Source: Paecilomyces variotii
Taxonomy: Eukaryota
DNA: 64,000 bases
Reading direction: 5' to 3' (one strand)
Assembly: GCA_004022145.1 (NCBI GenBank)
Contig: RCNU01000001.1
Positions within the stretch are counted from its first letter, which is position 1. Each line of letters begins with the position of its first letter. Made by a program: the position numbers and the translations under genes. The notes beneath the pieces are model-generated. The model worked only from the letters and a program-made list of their open reading frames with translations, was not told the DNA's origin and searched no databases. Below are positions 52,421-64,000 of the stretch, in pieces.

Positions 52421-54653
52421 TTTCTATAACTACTCTAGGAAAAGGTTCTAATATTATTATAGTTATATTGTTAATAATAGTATTAATTCTCTTTTACCTA
52501 TTTTTGCTATACTATATAAGCTTTTTTAACTATTTAGATAAAGTCTAACACTGTAATATTTTCTTATAGCGCTTATATATCGCGCTTAAATAATAGGGAA
52601 AACCTGTTTTATACAGCTAAGAGTTAACTATATATTTCTTTTATTCCTATAGCGTTTAATAAATATAATACTTATTAAATAAACTCTTAAGGAATTTAGC
52701 CCGCTATAATGTCCTATATAATATAATATAAAGACTTAAGCTATTTTATAATAGCTACAGCATTAATCTTAAAATATTTTATAAGCTATAAAATCTAACC
52801 TTCTTTAATAAGACGCATATATAAAACTTTATAATTATAGTTAGATAGCTTAGCTATATATTATTATAGGGCTAAGCTATATAATAATACTTAAATATAG
52901 CTTTATATAATAGGTTCCTCTTTTATCGCAGCTAAATTACAGATCTAATTAATAAAAATATAGATATCCTTATAATAAGTATAACTTCCTATTATTATAA
53001 TAGGACCTATTCTAATATAGTCTTTATTACTTAAATTAAGGTAAAAATATTCTAGCTTTATTTGCTTCTATAGCATATTATTAACTATAGTACTTATTAG
53101 TATTCCTGAGGCAAATCTAGCATTTAAGTTTACTAAGAGATTATAGCTAAGAGTTTAGTTTTAAACTAATTACTGCTATTAGTCTTGCTATTATTAATAT
53201 TGCTATTATTAATGCTAGTATTAACTGTTATTTTAATCTATATCATTTTAAGCTATATTATTTTAAGCTATATTATTCCGATTTATAAGGTATTTTATTA
53301 TTTAGCGATTTTAGTCTAATATAGCCTTTATATTTTCTACTATTTACCAATTAGATTCTATTATTTATTAAAACATCTCTATTAATATAGTATTAGAGTC
53401 TATAGCCGGCAGTACCGGGGGTATAGCTGGGTTAATAATATTTACTATACTATTAATGTTTGCTGCTAGCTATATTAAGGTTTTATCTAAATAATATATT
53501 AGTAAATCTAGGAAGGAACGCGGTAGATTAAATAATAAAACCCTCTAATATTTAGCGCTCTAGCTCTAGAAAATAGAATTCTGAAGTCTAAGAACCAGAT
53601 TAAATAAAGCTAGGCAAGGAAGTATAGCAACTAGGATTTATAATCTAGGTTACTTCTGCTAGTATTTATCTTATAATAAAACTATAGAGGTACTATAAAA
53701 ATATATAAAATATAGTTTACTTAGCGGCTATATAGGTTCTATTATAAAATTAGCTAAGTCTGCTATATTAATCTGTTACTTCTAGAAGGCAGGGTGCTTT
53801 ATTAATATTAAGGTAAACTTAAGAAAGTCTTTAACAGTACTATAGAGTATAGATTAATTTATTACCTATAACACAAGAAATATAAATTATTTTATTTAAG
53901 GAGGAGATACCTATAGCTTAATCTAAAACACTTTAATATAGGCTAATAAGGTATACTTTAAGGAGTTATATTCTAGGTAATAGGATAAGATAAAATTAAT
54001 AAGATTAATAGTTTTATAGTTAAACTAATCCCTAAACTAAGAAGTTACTGTTTAAAACGCTGCTAAACTATATATAAGCTCTAATATTTTTTTAAATAGT
54101 GCAGGGAGATATTAGCTTTAATCTAAATATTAGCTCTAATCTATCTCCTCTAAAAGTTAGCTTATTATAGAGGCTTAACCTTAGCTTCTCTAGGCGAGAT
54201 GCCTAGTAGGGGAGACTAAAGCTAAATTATAATAATACTAGAGATAAAAATAATAAAACTAATAATAAAATACAGAATTCTAATAAAAAAAGTAGGGCTT
54301 TAAATATAAGTATTCTTAGCTAATCTATAATATCTCTAGGCGTAAGATATATAATAAAGTGGCTTAATATAAATAATTTCAATAATAGACATTAAATTAG
54401 GAGTAATAGAGGCAGAACTTAATAATATTAAGATAAATCTTAATAAAAAATAATATAAAGAATAGATAATATGAAGACTCTGCTAATAATAAATAACTTT
54501 ATATATAATAGAGAAGAGACTGCGGATAACCCGCTAGCGTTAAGAGCTAGCTTAAAATAATAATAATTAAATAATACAGCAGATTATTATAATAGTTTTT
54601 AGGATACTTCTAATAATAATTAAGCCCTAGATAACCTTAATATACTACTAAAT

Positions 54654-54817
54654 TAATAAGATTAGGGGATAAAGAAGTTATCTTCTATTAGCTATATAAG
54701 GAAGTAACTATATAGCTAAGTCGTTGGCCTGAGGCTCCTATACCTCGTACCTTTATACCCTACTAACGTAGCAGGCAGGCGACGCTAAGGTAGTATCGTA
54801 CGCTAGTATCTATGTTA
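54654..54817 (-). repeat. 5' LTR of D1 (164 bp)
   Basis: Homologous to 42441-42566 and 61224-61383; followed by TSD ctacc. Confidence 0.92.
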
Positions 54818-54822
54818 CTACC

Positions 54823-55600
54823 CCTAGATAGACGGCTAAAATAAATATATTAACTAATAGGCTAAAATAGCCCTCTGCTATTTACTTACTAATATAAAGA
54901 ATTCTATAAATTAGCTAGCAGTATTACCTATCCTTTAAAAAGTTATAAACTCTATAAAAAATATAATAACTGGCTATTCTCCCTATAAACTTATATATAG
55001 CATAAGATTACTAATAATAATAGGCCTATTATATAATTACCCTAGGGAATAAAGCTTTATATCTTAAATAAATATTAGGAAAGCTATTAATATTACTGCA
55101 ATAAATATAAAACATTTTTATAATAAAAAATACTAGTAAATATATTTTCTCCTAGATAATAAAATCCTCTTGCGGCTACACTATAGCTATAGTATTTTAT
55201 CTACAGCTATTTTAGGATAAAAGCTATCTGCTTAATATACTAGCCTATTTATAATCCTTAAATAAGTTAAAAAACTAGCATATATATTTAATCTCCTAGC
55301 ATACTAAAAAATATATAATATTATATTTATAGCCTATCTTAAACCTGTAGCGCATAATAAAAACCCCTTTAATTAAATACCCTTACTAGCTAAGCTAGTT
55401 AGCGTAGAATAAGATAATATAACAGAATATAAAATTAAGATATTAATTAATAAACGCGTCCAATACCGCCGCAGGCAATATATTATAGAGTATCTTATAA
55501 GATAAAAGGGTTAAAGACTAGAGTATAACATTTAATACAATATTAATAACTTAAACAGCGCTAAAAAATTAATAAAAGATTATAAGAAATAGTATAAATT
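54823..55600 (+). pseudogene. pol relic of C, part 2 (integrase C-terminus and chromodomain)
   Basis: PQTDGQ resumes after the TSD; chromodomain EYEIE..IDKR...EYLVRWKGWGPEHDIWY (~55425-55540). Confidence 0.88.
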
Positions 55601-55702
55601 ACTAGCAATTTAAGCAATATTAATAATAGTTTAAGCAGTAGTTTTAGCAGCAGATTAAGTAATAGCGCAGACGCTGTTTTTATTTTTATTAGGGGAGCAT
55701 AT

Positions 55703-55849
55703 TATTATAGAGAAAACCCGCGGTCTTACCGCCTTTAGGGCTTACCGCCTTATTCTGCTAGTTATAGTATATATATTAGTAACCCCGCTTCTCGCGGGAC
55801 TTAGTAGAATTTAACCTTCTTATACCTTTATTTCGTAATGCGGCTAATA
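55703..55849 (+). repeat. 3' LTR of C
   Basis: Near-identical to 35817-35963. Confidence 0.94.
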
Positions 55850-55854
55850 GTTTT

Positions 55855-57187
55855 ATAGTAATAAAGTAGCTAAATAGAAGGATTTTATAAGCCTATATTT
55901 AGAGCTTTAGCCGGGGCTAGTTTAATAAAATTAAATTATTCCTATTAAGATTCTTTTCTTCTATAGTTTATATTCTCTTTAAAACTCTTAAACCTAGTAA
56001 GAAAATAAAGAAAGAGTAATATATATAATAATATATTTAATAATAGTTAAAAAACTTAGTAGGAGAAAAAGTATTATTACTTATTTATCTTACTTTACTT
56101 TCTATTTTTTAGCTTTTTTTTATATTATCTTTACTTAGGCGGCTTATTTATATTAAAAGCCTTATTAGAGTTTTTACTGCAATACTCCTTTAAAGCTTTA
56201 GTTATATATAAGATCTTCTAATGGCTGCTATAAGTTCTTATATAAGGGATATTTTTTTTATTTTATTAGGAACTGTATTTTCCTATAAAAGGTTTATTTA
56301 TTAAAAATTTCTTCTATCTCCTATTTTTATTCTCTATTAATAAAAATTAGATCTAGCTATTTAGGTTTTATTCCTTTTTATTAATTATAGGGCTTTAGCA
56401 GAGATATATAGAATATTAAATATATCCTGCCTAGGCTCTTTAGCAGTTATAATTAGTATACTTACTTTTTAATTATTTTAATTATTTTATAGGGCCTAGA
56501 AAATCTGTAATTTAACTTCTTATTAGGTTAATTAGTTTATAGATTCTTTATTAATAAAAGAACTTTATCTCTTATTTTATATAACTTAGGCGTATACTTC
56601 TTATTATAGTATTTTACTTGCACCTTAATAGCGCATTATAAATATTTTTTTAACTTTACCTTAATATTTATTAATTCTTTAAGTTATTCCTTAATAGTAG
56701 GAATATTTAACCTTATTCTAGTATTATATTTATTTTAACTATTAGGATTAAAGCTATAAAGGGCTTTAAATAGCAAATATCTAATACTAGAATATTTTAT
56801 ATTATTATAAGTATATTCTGCTGTACTTAATAATAACGCCTAGTTATTTTAATAATAATTTATATATACCCTTAGGTAATACTCTAAGGTTTAATTCTAA
56901 TACTTTATCTGCCTATTTATCTGTAAATAAAAAGCAGTGCTTATTAATTAGGTAATCTATATATATTAATAAAGCTTAGTCTAGTATTTACTAATAAATA
57001 CTAATTCTTAATTAAAGATAATTAATATTAAAGGGCTAAATTAATAATATACCCTTTTTATAATTAGGTTAGCTAGGTCTTCTACTATAATTATTTCTTA
57101 AGTTAAGATATATAAAGCTATCTTAAAGTATTAGTCTACAACTATTAAGATTATATTATATTTAACTCTTTATTAAGTTAAAGATAA
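55855..57187 (-). mobile_element. Chromovirus F fragment (integrase core, GPY/F motif, chromodomain); host of A6 and C
   Basis: Minus strand de-RIPed: YDAILVVVDRYSK (~57125-57165), FLGPYKI (~56485-56503), FHVSLLEPY, chromodomain WEIEEI...FLVKWKGYP..ENSW (~56200-56330). Confidence 0.82.
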
Positions 57188-57528
57188 TATTATAAGAAAG
57201 GGTATTAAGACTTAGCAGTAAGTCTTAGAGCATAAGAATATAGAGAAAGGGAAGAATAGCTTAAGTCTTTAGGCCCTAAGATTAAGCTAGAAAAGAAGCT
57301 TAGAGAATAAGGTAGTATAATAAAAAAAAGGTTACTTTAATACTAAACTAATATTAAAATATAACTAAGAGGGGATTATTTATTTTATTCTATATTAACT
57401 AATTAATTAATGCCCTTTCTCCCCTTATATCTTATTAGAAATATTTAAGCTACCTTTTTTAATAATAGTATATAACTTGCTAATCTAATTATATTCTTAA
57501 AACCTCTTTATTATTTTCCCTTATTATA
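57188..57528 (-). repeat. 3' LTR of A6
   Basis: 341-bp family A LTR. Confidence 0.93.
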
Positions 57529-60500
57529 TAGCCTCCCCTTTTTTATATATAAATACCCCTATTTACCTTTTTTAGTTATTATAATTTATACTATTTCCTT
57601 TTTTTAATATTATAAATTATTCTTAAAACAGGAATATTCTAGTTTCTAATATTATATATATCTTAAAACCCCTAATTTATAAAGCTGAGTTCTTTTCTTC
57701 TGTAAATAATCTTAAACTAATAATATATCTTATTTTAGTATAAAGTATAGCTCTGCTTTAATTTTTAAGTAATTTTAATTTAGTTAATTAAGTATTGCTC
57801 TACCTATAGCTATAACTCTATTTACCTAAATATTAAAAGGCCCAGATTCTCTTTAATTAGATCTTATCTTATCTTATTTTCTATAATTAAAATAGCAGAT
57901 ATTATTAAGATTTATTCCTTAATTCTTTAATATTAGCTAATATAAATTGCTAATAAAGATTACTTCTCCTTGCTTAAGTATAATATCTCTTAAGCCTATA
58001 ATTTTCTTAAACTTATCTTTAATAATTAGTCTAGTCCCTAGGATTATAAAGCCCTAGCCTATTCTTTTTTTAAGGATTATAGTCTCTATGTTTAATACTC
58101 TTAGCTTATATTTTTTAAGATACTAGACCTATAATCTATATTTATTATAACTATATAATATTAACTAGATTAAATAAATCTAGATATTTTGCGCAATAAC
58201 CTTCTAAAAAATATTTTAAGATAAGTTTTTAAGCCCTATTAATTCTTTATCTTCCTTTTTATAATAAAGGGCTGCTTTTGCTTCTATAATAATATATTAT
58301 AATATTTCTTTTACTAATTTCTCTTTAAAAGGTATAATTTAAAAAACCCTATTTATTTCTTAATAATTAAAGTCCTCCCTTATTATAATATCTAATTAGA
58401 TATATTAATTCTATATCTTATTTAAAGTAAAGTTTTTTTTGCTTAAATTAAAATATTTTTTGTCTCTATACTTAGATTTAAGATATTTTTTAACCCTATA
58501 TAGATTATCTTAAGCTTTATAATATAAGCTGCTAGGTATATTATTAGAAGTATTTATATTAATTAACCTAAGATCTCTAAATAGTTAAACTATTCTTAAT
58601 ATTAGGGATTTCTTAGAGAGAAGATCTTTAGATAAGGTTTTTTTAATTTCTATATTATCTTTATCTTTTATATTTTTAAGACTTCTTAGAATAAGACTTT
58701 TTATTTTTTTTTAATCTGGCTATTGCTAGATATACCTAATATTTATTTAACCTCTAAGTTATTTTTAAATTATATAGTTTTAATATTTCTTATATTTTTT
58801 AAGTACCCAGTTTCTTTCTTAATAAAGGGATCTTTTAAGTTTACCGCAGAAAAGGAGGGCTTTTTAAGATTTTTTTTTATTTTTTAATTTATTAATCTAA
58901 ATTACTAGAGGCGCTTATTTAAATTTAATATTATTTAAAAAGTTCTGTAGCTACTCTTCTAATAATATCGCTAATAAATAATATATATTTTTAAAAAAGG
59001 CTTTTATTTACTGCTTTATAGCTATTAGCATTATTTTAGTTATTATTTTTAAAACTTCTCTAGTATTTCTAGCTAATATTTCTTTTTTTACCCTTATTAT
59101 ACCCGCTAAAAGGCATATATAGAGTTTATAAATCTCTTAAAGCTTCCTTAATATTAACTAGTATAATGCCTCTTTAATATCCTTTTCTATTATTAATTTG
59201 CTATTAATTTAGCTCTATTATAGTAAGTTATTTTTATTACTGCAGTTATAGTCCTTAAAAAATATATTTAGATAAAAGCCGTATTAAAACTACCTCTAAT
59301 ATTTATTATATATTAATAAGTTATAGAGATTATTATTATTTTTAGTAAATATTTTTAATCTTTTCTTTAATAATTTTTCTTTTATTATATATATATTTAA
59401 TATTATTTAAATCTTATTAGCATACTTATAATAGAGTTTATTAATATTAGTTCCCCCTTATTAAAGGCTATTTATAACTTTTTTATTTTTTTAGCTAAAA
59501 AGCGCCTTTTTAAGTAGTTCTAATATCTTAGTCCTATAATTATAGCCTTTTTTTATTTATTTTTCTTTTCCTTATATCTTAATCTTTTTCTTATCTTTAA
59601 GTTTCTTAGGGCTTTTTATTTTTTTTTATCCTTTTTTTCTTTTTTTATCTTATTATTTTCCTTATTGCTAATAATAAGATTAACTAATAAGCTCTTTTTT
59701 AGGTCTTTAATTATTCTTTTTGCTTTATATTCTAGAATCTCCTTTAAAAAGAAGTCTTCTCTAATTTATATATTAATTAATTAAAGCTCTATTTTTATTA
59801 TTTTAAATAAAAACTATCTACTCTTATTAGTTATCCTTTTTAAAAGGTCTCTTATTTTTTTAATATCTATTAGTAGTAAGTTTCTTTCTAGCTATATGCT
59901 AGATTTTTTAATATTTAATAATCTATTTATTTAAGCTTATATTAAGTAGATAGCTGCTGCTCTCTACTTCTTAATTTATTTTATAATTTCTCTTAATGCT
60001 ACTAAAGTTTAATAGGCTTTCTTAGCTTATATTATTAACTAGCTAATTACTTATTCCCCTTATACCTCTATTATTATTATATATCCCTTATTTATATAAT
60101 TCTTATTCTCCCTTACTTTCTTTATTAATTTTTTAAGTTCCTTAATAGCTTTCTTCTCCTTAGCTTAAGCTTTTTTTAAAAGCTTTTATTATTTTAAGAA
60201 CTTATAATAGTCTATTATAGCCTTATTTTATTTAATTTAAAATTTTATAATAATAGCTATTACTCTAGCTATAAACTTAATCTTTTTTAATCTATTCTTT
60301 ATTATAATAATTACTCTCTTTATAAAATTATAAATCTTTCTTATAGTTATATAAATATTTATATTAAACTTTAGCAACTATTCTTATAAGATAATATTTT
60401 AAATTTAGAATATATTTTCCTCTATTTTAGCTTAGTAAGATTATATAATAGTTTTAATTTAGCAATATTTAATATAAAAAGGGGGTATAAAATAATTAGA

Positions 60501-61223
60501 CTTAAATTTTCTAATAGTATTTATAGAGAAAGAAGTAAGATTCTTAATATAAAATAAGATTTTTTTATTGTTATTTTATATTCTTTATCTAATATTTTCT
60601 TTTTTTAGTAATTAAAAGAGTTTAGCCTTACTCTTCTAATAATATATATATATTCTTTTATTTTATTTATTTTTAAGTCCCTTCTCTCCTTTAAAAAATT
60701 TAAGCGCCCTTATTTTTAATTTATTTGCTCTTTTTTACCCTAAGCTAAATCTTTATCTAATATTAAACTTACTTTATTACTAGCCTTTTACTTTCTCTTT
60801 TTTTAAGCTAATATTTTTAAAAGGAGAGTGCTAAGACTATAACTGTATATATTAATCTAGGTAATATTTAGTTTATATTATCTTTATTTTTGCTTATTTA
60901 CTAATTCTTTTACTTAGATTTTATATTATTATTTATTGCTAATATACCTCTTTAATTATCTTATAAATAATAGCCTTTTAAATAATTTCTATAAATTAAG
61001 TTCTTAAAAGCTATACTATTTAACTTCTTATACTTATAAGAACCTTTCTAAAAGACTTTTTTAATTTAATATAGTCTTAGCTAGCAATATATTAGTTTAA
61101 TAAAATAAGATATCTTAAGCTTTATATTATAAAGTAGAACTAGTTATTCTTTAATTAGTTATTCTTTATAAAGCTGCTTTCTATTATTAAAGACTTCTTT
61201 ATTAGCTTCTTTTATATACTAGA
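57188..61223 (-). mobile_element. Family A copy A6, 3' part (interrupted by D2)
   Basis: 3' LTR 57188-57528, PPT complement tagcctcccc, collinear with A1 2238-~6270. Confidence 0.92.
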
Positions 61224-61383
61224 TAATAGAGTTAGGGGATAAAGAAGTTAATTTCTATAAGCTATATAAGGAAGTAACTATATAGCTAAGTCGTTGCCTA
61301 AGGCTTCTATACCTCATACCTCTATGCCCTACTAAGATAGCAGGCGGCGCTAAGATAGCATTATATACTCTGTATCCCTGTCA
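61224..61383 (-). repeat. 3' LTR of D2
   Basis: Homologous to the D1 LTRs. Confidence 0.9.
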
Positions 61384-64000
61384 GTATACCCCCTTCGAAA
61401 AAAATATCATCATCCTCAATAACAGAATATAGAAATATATATAGATATAGTATAAGATATAGTTAAACATTCCTATAGTTTACCCCCTTTTACGCTTAAT
61501 TAATAGGGTTATCTACAGTTCTATAGTTTAATATTATTTATAGGATTGTCTATATCTACATTTCAATAGCTTAGCTAGTAGTCTAAGATATTAGTTATAC
61601 TCCTAGATAAATTTATAAGCATTAGCTAAGTCCTTAAAATAATACCAGATATTATAATAAGCGCTATATCTCTTTTAGCAAACTAAGTACTTAATAATAG
61701 TCTTACCTTAAACTCGCCGGACGCAATAGCTAAATAGTGTCTTAATTTTATAATAACTAATATTAGTATCTTTTATATTAATATGCAGCGGCGGAATATT
61801 ATTAGAGGGTATAGGATATTTAAAAGGATTATTTATATAGTATAGCTCTAGATAAGCAATAAAGAAGATATTATAATATTTCTAATAAGCTAGGATATTT
61901 AACTAATATGCGAGACATTTAATCTTACGCTTAATTATAAGCGGTCCTACATATTATACTAATAACTTCCTTCTAAGAATAGCTATACTAGGGATATTAT
62001 ATTTATAGTATAACCTTAATAAGACCTTATTACTAGGGGTAAAATAGATTAGCCAGTAATTTTTATTATATACACACTTAATATTTATAGCAGCTAAGCG
62101 AAGTGCTTTACATATATTAAGTTATAAGGTAAAATCTTAGATTTCTCTGTTATAGAGGTTTATAGCATTACCTAGTTAAGTACTATATATTAAATTATAT
62201 AGGGACCTTATTATAATAGATAATAGGCTAGAGTTTAATACTAATTGCATTAATAATAGAACCTTAGGCTAAGCTATAATATTTTTTAAAGCAACTAAGT
62301 AGTACTATAGAGTAATTTTAGCTATTTAATTTATTTACTCTAACTGCCTATCTATTTATAAGTAATATACTATTAAATATAGTAATTTAGTATTAAGATA
62401 CTTAAATAGGCCTTTCTATAAATTTAATAGAAACTTTAAATTACGATTTAATAGGATTACTAATAGAATGCCTTAATTATTAATCTGAAATTATTTAAAT
62501 AATACTAAAGCCCAGTCTTTAGCTGTCTATATATCTTGCCCCGGTATAAATATAACTTGCTTTATAAATTTGCAAGTAATAGTTAAGATTTAATTATATA
62601 GCCTTATATTTAGTAATCTTATGATAAAGTCTATAGTAATTATATAAAAAGGGATATTTAGTATAAGGATAGGCTAATAGCTGCTATAAGGTACATAATA
62701 ATATATTTAATTTATCTGACATAAATAGCAATGTTTAATATATATTTTAATTTACTTTATAAGTTTATAGATTATAAAGTCGCGAATATTAGCGATTATC
62801 TAGTAATACCCAGGGTATCTTATATTATTATAAGCTATTTTAAGTATATTCTTAAGGACTAACTGTAGTATATAGAGATATTACATATTATTAATATTAA
62901 TTATATAAAGGAGTTTATCGCAAATTATAAAAGGAAAATATGCAGAATTTATATTATCCTATAATATAGTAAGAATCTTAGACTAGTAAGAATTAGTTTT
63001 ATAGCCTTCTTTTAATTAGGTCTTAAATTTCTATAATAACTTAATAAGAGTTATATTATATTATAGCTTATCCTTAGTATTATTAGTATATGTAGTTCTG
63101 AGAAATATAGTAGCTAAATAGTATTTAATATCTTTTAGTATAGGGGCATATAGCTTAATAGAGAGTAATTTAAGATATAATAGCGCGTCTATAATAATAT
63201 TATTATATCTTAGCTTATATATAAGCATAATATTAAATCTCTGTATATATTGTAATATTAAGATAAGGTATAAGTTAATTTAATCTATAAATATTAATTA
63301 GAGAGATATCTGCTTAGTAATTATAATTATAGTGCTATAGTCTGTAAAAATAATTAATAGCTTTTAATAAGCTTTAATAATATAGTATATCTTATATAAT
63401 GCCTATATTAAATATACTATCTTTATTTTTATTAGCTAATATCTCTTTTTAGCTATATTAAGCTATTTTAAAAAGAATATAATTAGCTAAACTTTTAGTC
63501 GGTTAGATATAGCCTTAAGAAGCTTATAAACTGCGAAAAGATAGTAATTATCTAGCTAAGCCTTAGTATTATTATAAAGGTAATACAGTATAATACTAAA
63601 GCCGGAGATATTAGTATTAATATTAAAGTAAAGCTGGCGCTTCGAGTTATAGTATATAAGGAAAGATAAATTACTAAAATGCCTTTAAATAGCATTATAT
63701 ATATCTATCTTAGCTTATAATAGTAAAGCTAGGATTATATTTTTTATAAAACTTTACTATGCCTTTTTTTTTATAGGGGTTCTATTTAGAAATACTGTCT
63801 TCCAATCCTATAGGGGCTGTATAATCTTAGTATATTAAGGGATATATTGCTTAAACTATTCTATTAAGCTAAGGTATAATTTTAATATTTAGGCTATATA
63901 AGGGAATAGGATATTAATTATAGCCTTTACCTTCTTACTAACAGTACTTATTCTTAATAAGTTAATATAATAACCTAGTAGTTATATAGAGAGAAATCTT
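61224..64000 (-). mobile_element. Chromovirus D copy D2 (3' LTR, chromodomain, integrase, RNase H; continues beyond window)
   Basis: LTR 61224-61383 ending tgtca; PPT complement cccccttc just after; chromodomain EYLVRWKGYGAHHDIW (~61640-61695); integrase TAYHPQTDGQSE (~62335-62375). Confidence 0.88.

Larger units (their letters stand above)
43529..52437 (+). mobile_element. hAT-superfamily DNA transposon E (8,909 bp) with cargo gene
   Basis: 8-bp TSD ggaaaagg (43521-43528/52438-52445); TIRs tagactagttata / tataactactcta (12 of 13 match); subterminal AACCG/CGGTT arrays; hAT transposase relic. Confidence 0.93.
42441..54817 (-). mobile_element. Chromovirus D copy D1, internally deleted (gag only, ~3.46 kb excluding E), inserted in the integrase of C
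   Basis: TSD ctacc (42436-42440/54818-54822) splits C's TAYHPQTDGQ motif; LTRs 42441-42566 (truncated) and 54654-54817; orientation from the PPT next to the homologous LTR at 61224-61383. Confidence 0.9.
35817..55849 (+). mobile_element. Complete chromovirus C (~7.65 kb excluding nested D1/E)
   Basis: 147-bp LTRs 35817-35963 and 55703-55849; 5-bp TSD gtttt (35812-35816/55850-55854); PPT aggggag at 55691. Confidence 0.94.
1..64000. other. RIP-degenerated, AT-rich nested transposon cluster (filamentous ascomycete heterochromatin)
   Basis: Very AT-rich; CA/TG rare, TA abundant; paralogous copies (e.g. 1-900 vs 6761-7660 vs 16511-17410) differ mostly by transitions; LTR termini TG..CA converted to TA..TA; no long ORF. 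Confidence 0.95.

Noticed and set aside
43529-52437. Element E as a Starship
   Set aside because: It has TIRs, an 8-bp TSD and a hAT DDE transposase; no DUF3435 tyrosine recombinase recognised
31854-57187. atag (31854) / ataa (57184) as a TSD pair making B and F one element
   Set aside because: Geometry is wrong (both face away from 3' LTRs of different A copies), and the breaks are in RT versus integrase, which are not contiguous
1-64000. AT-rich organellar, endosymbiont or alternative-genetic-code genome
   Set aside because: Stops are explained by CAA/CAG/TGG/CGA transitions in recognisable TE proteins; dinucleotide bias is RIP-specific

Overview
The whole 64 kb is a nested transposon graveyard with no intact gene, typical of an AT-rich heterochromatic block of a filamentous ascomycete. 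The signature is repeat-induced point mutation (RIP): CpA/TpG strongly depleted, TpA abundant, and copies differing mainly by C>T/G>A. From LTRs, TSDs and manually back-mutated ('de-RIPed') protein motifs I resolve the following. (1) Six copies of a ~10.2 kb Ty3/Gypsy family A with 341-bp LTRs, a 4-bp TSD and a ~3.5 kb extra 3' region; five are serially nested. (2) A minus-strand Gypsy B. (3) A complete chromovirus C with 147-bp LTRs and TSD GTTTT. (4) Two copies of chromovirus D, one internally deleted. (5) A minus-strand chromovirus F that appears to be the basal host. (6) An 8.9 kb hAT DNA transposon E with 8-bp TSD GGAAAAGG. Element E is the most interesting. Besides its transposase it carries a spliced cargo gene with a ParB/DGQHR-like 'AGQHR' motif resembling DUF3723 (a Starship accessory family), and ~15-20 dispersed copies of a 16-bp palindrome (TCTAACTTAAGTTAGA), mostly intronic or intergenic and seen only inside E. 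This suggests a ParB/parS-like protein-site pair on a fungal transposon (hypothesis). All protein calls come from manual reconstruction; internal domain coordinates are approximate.
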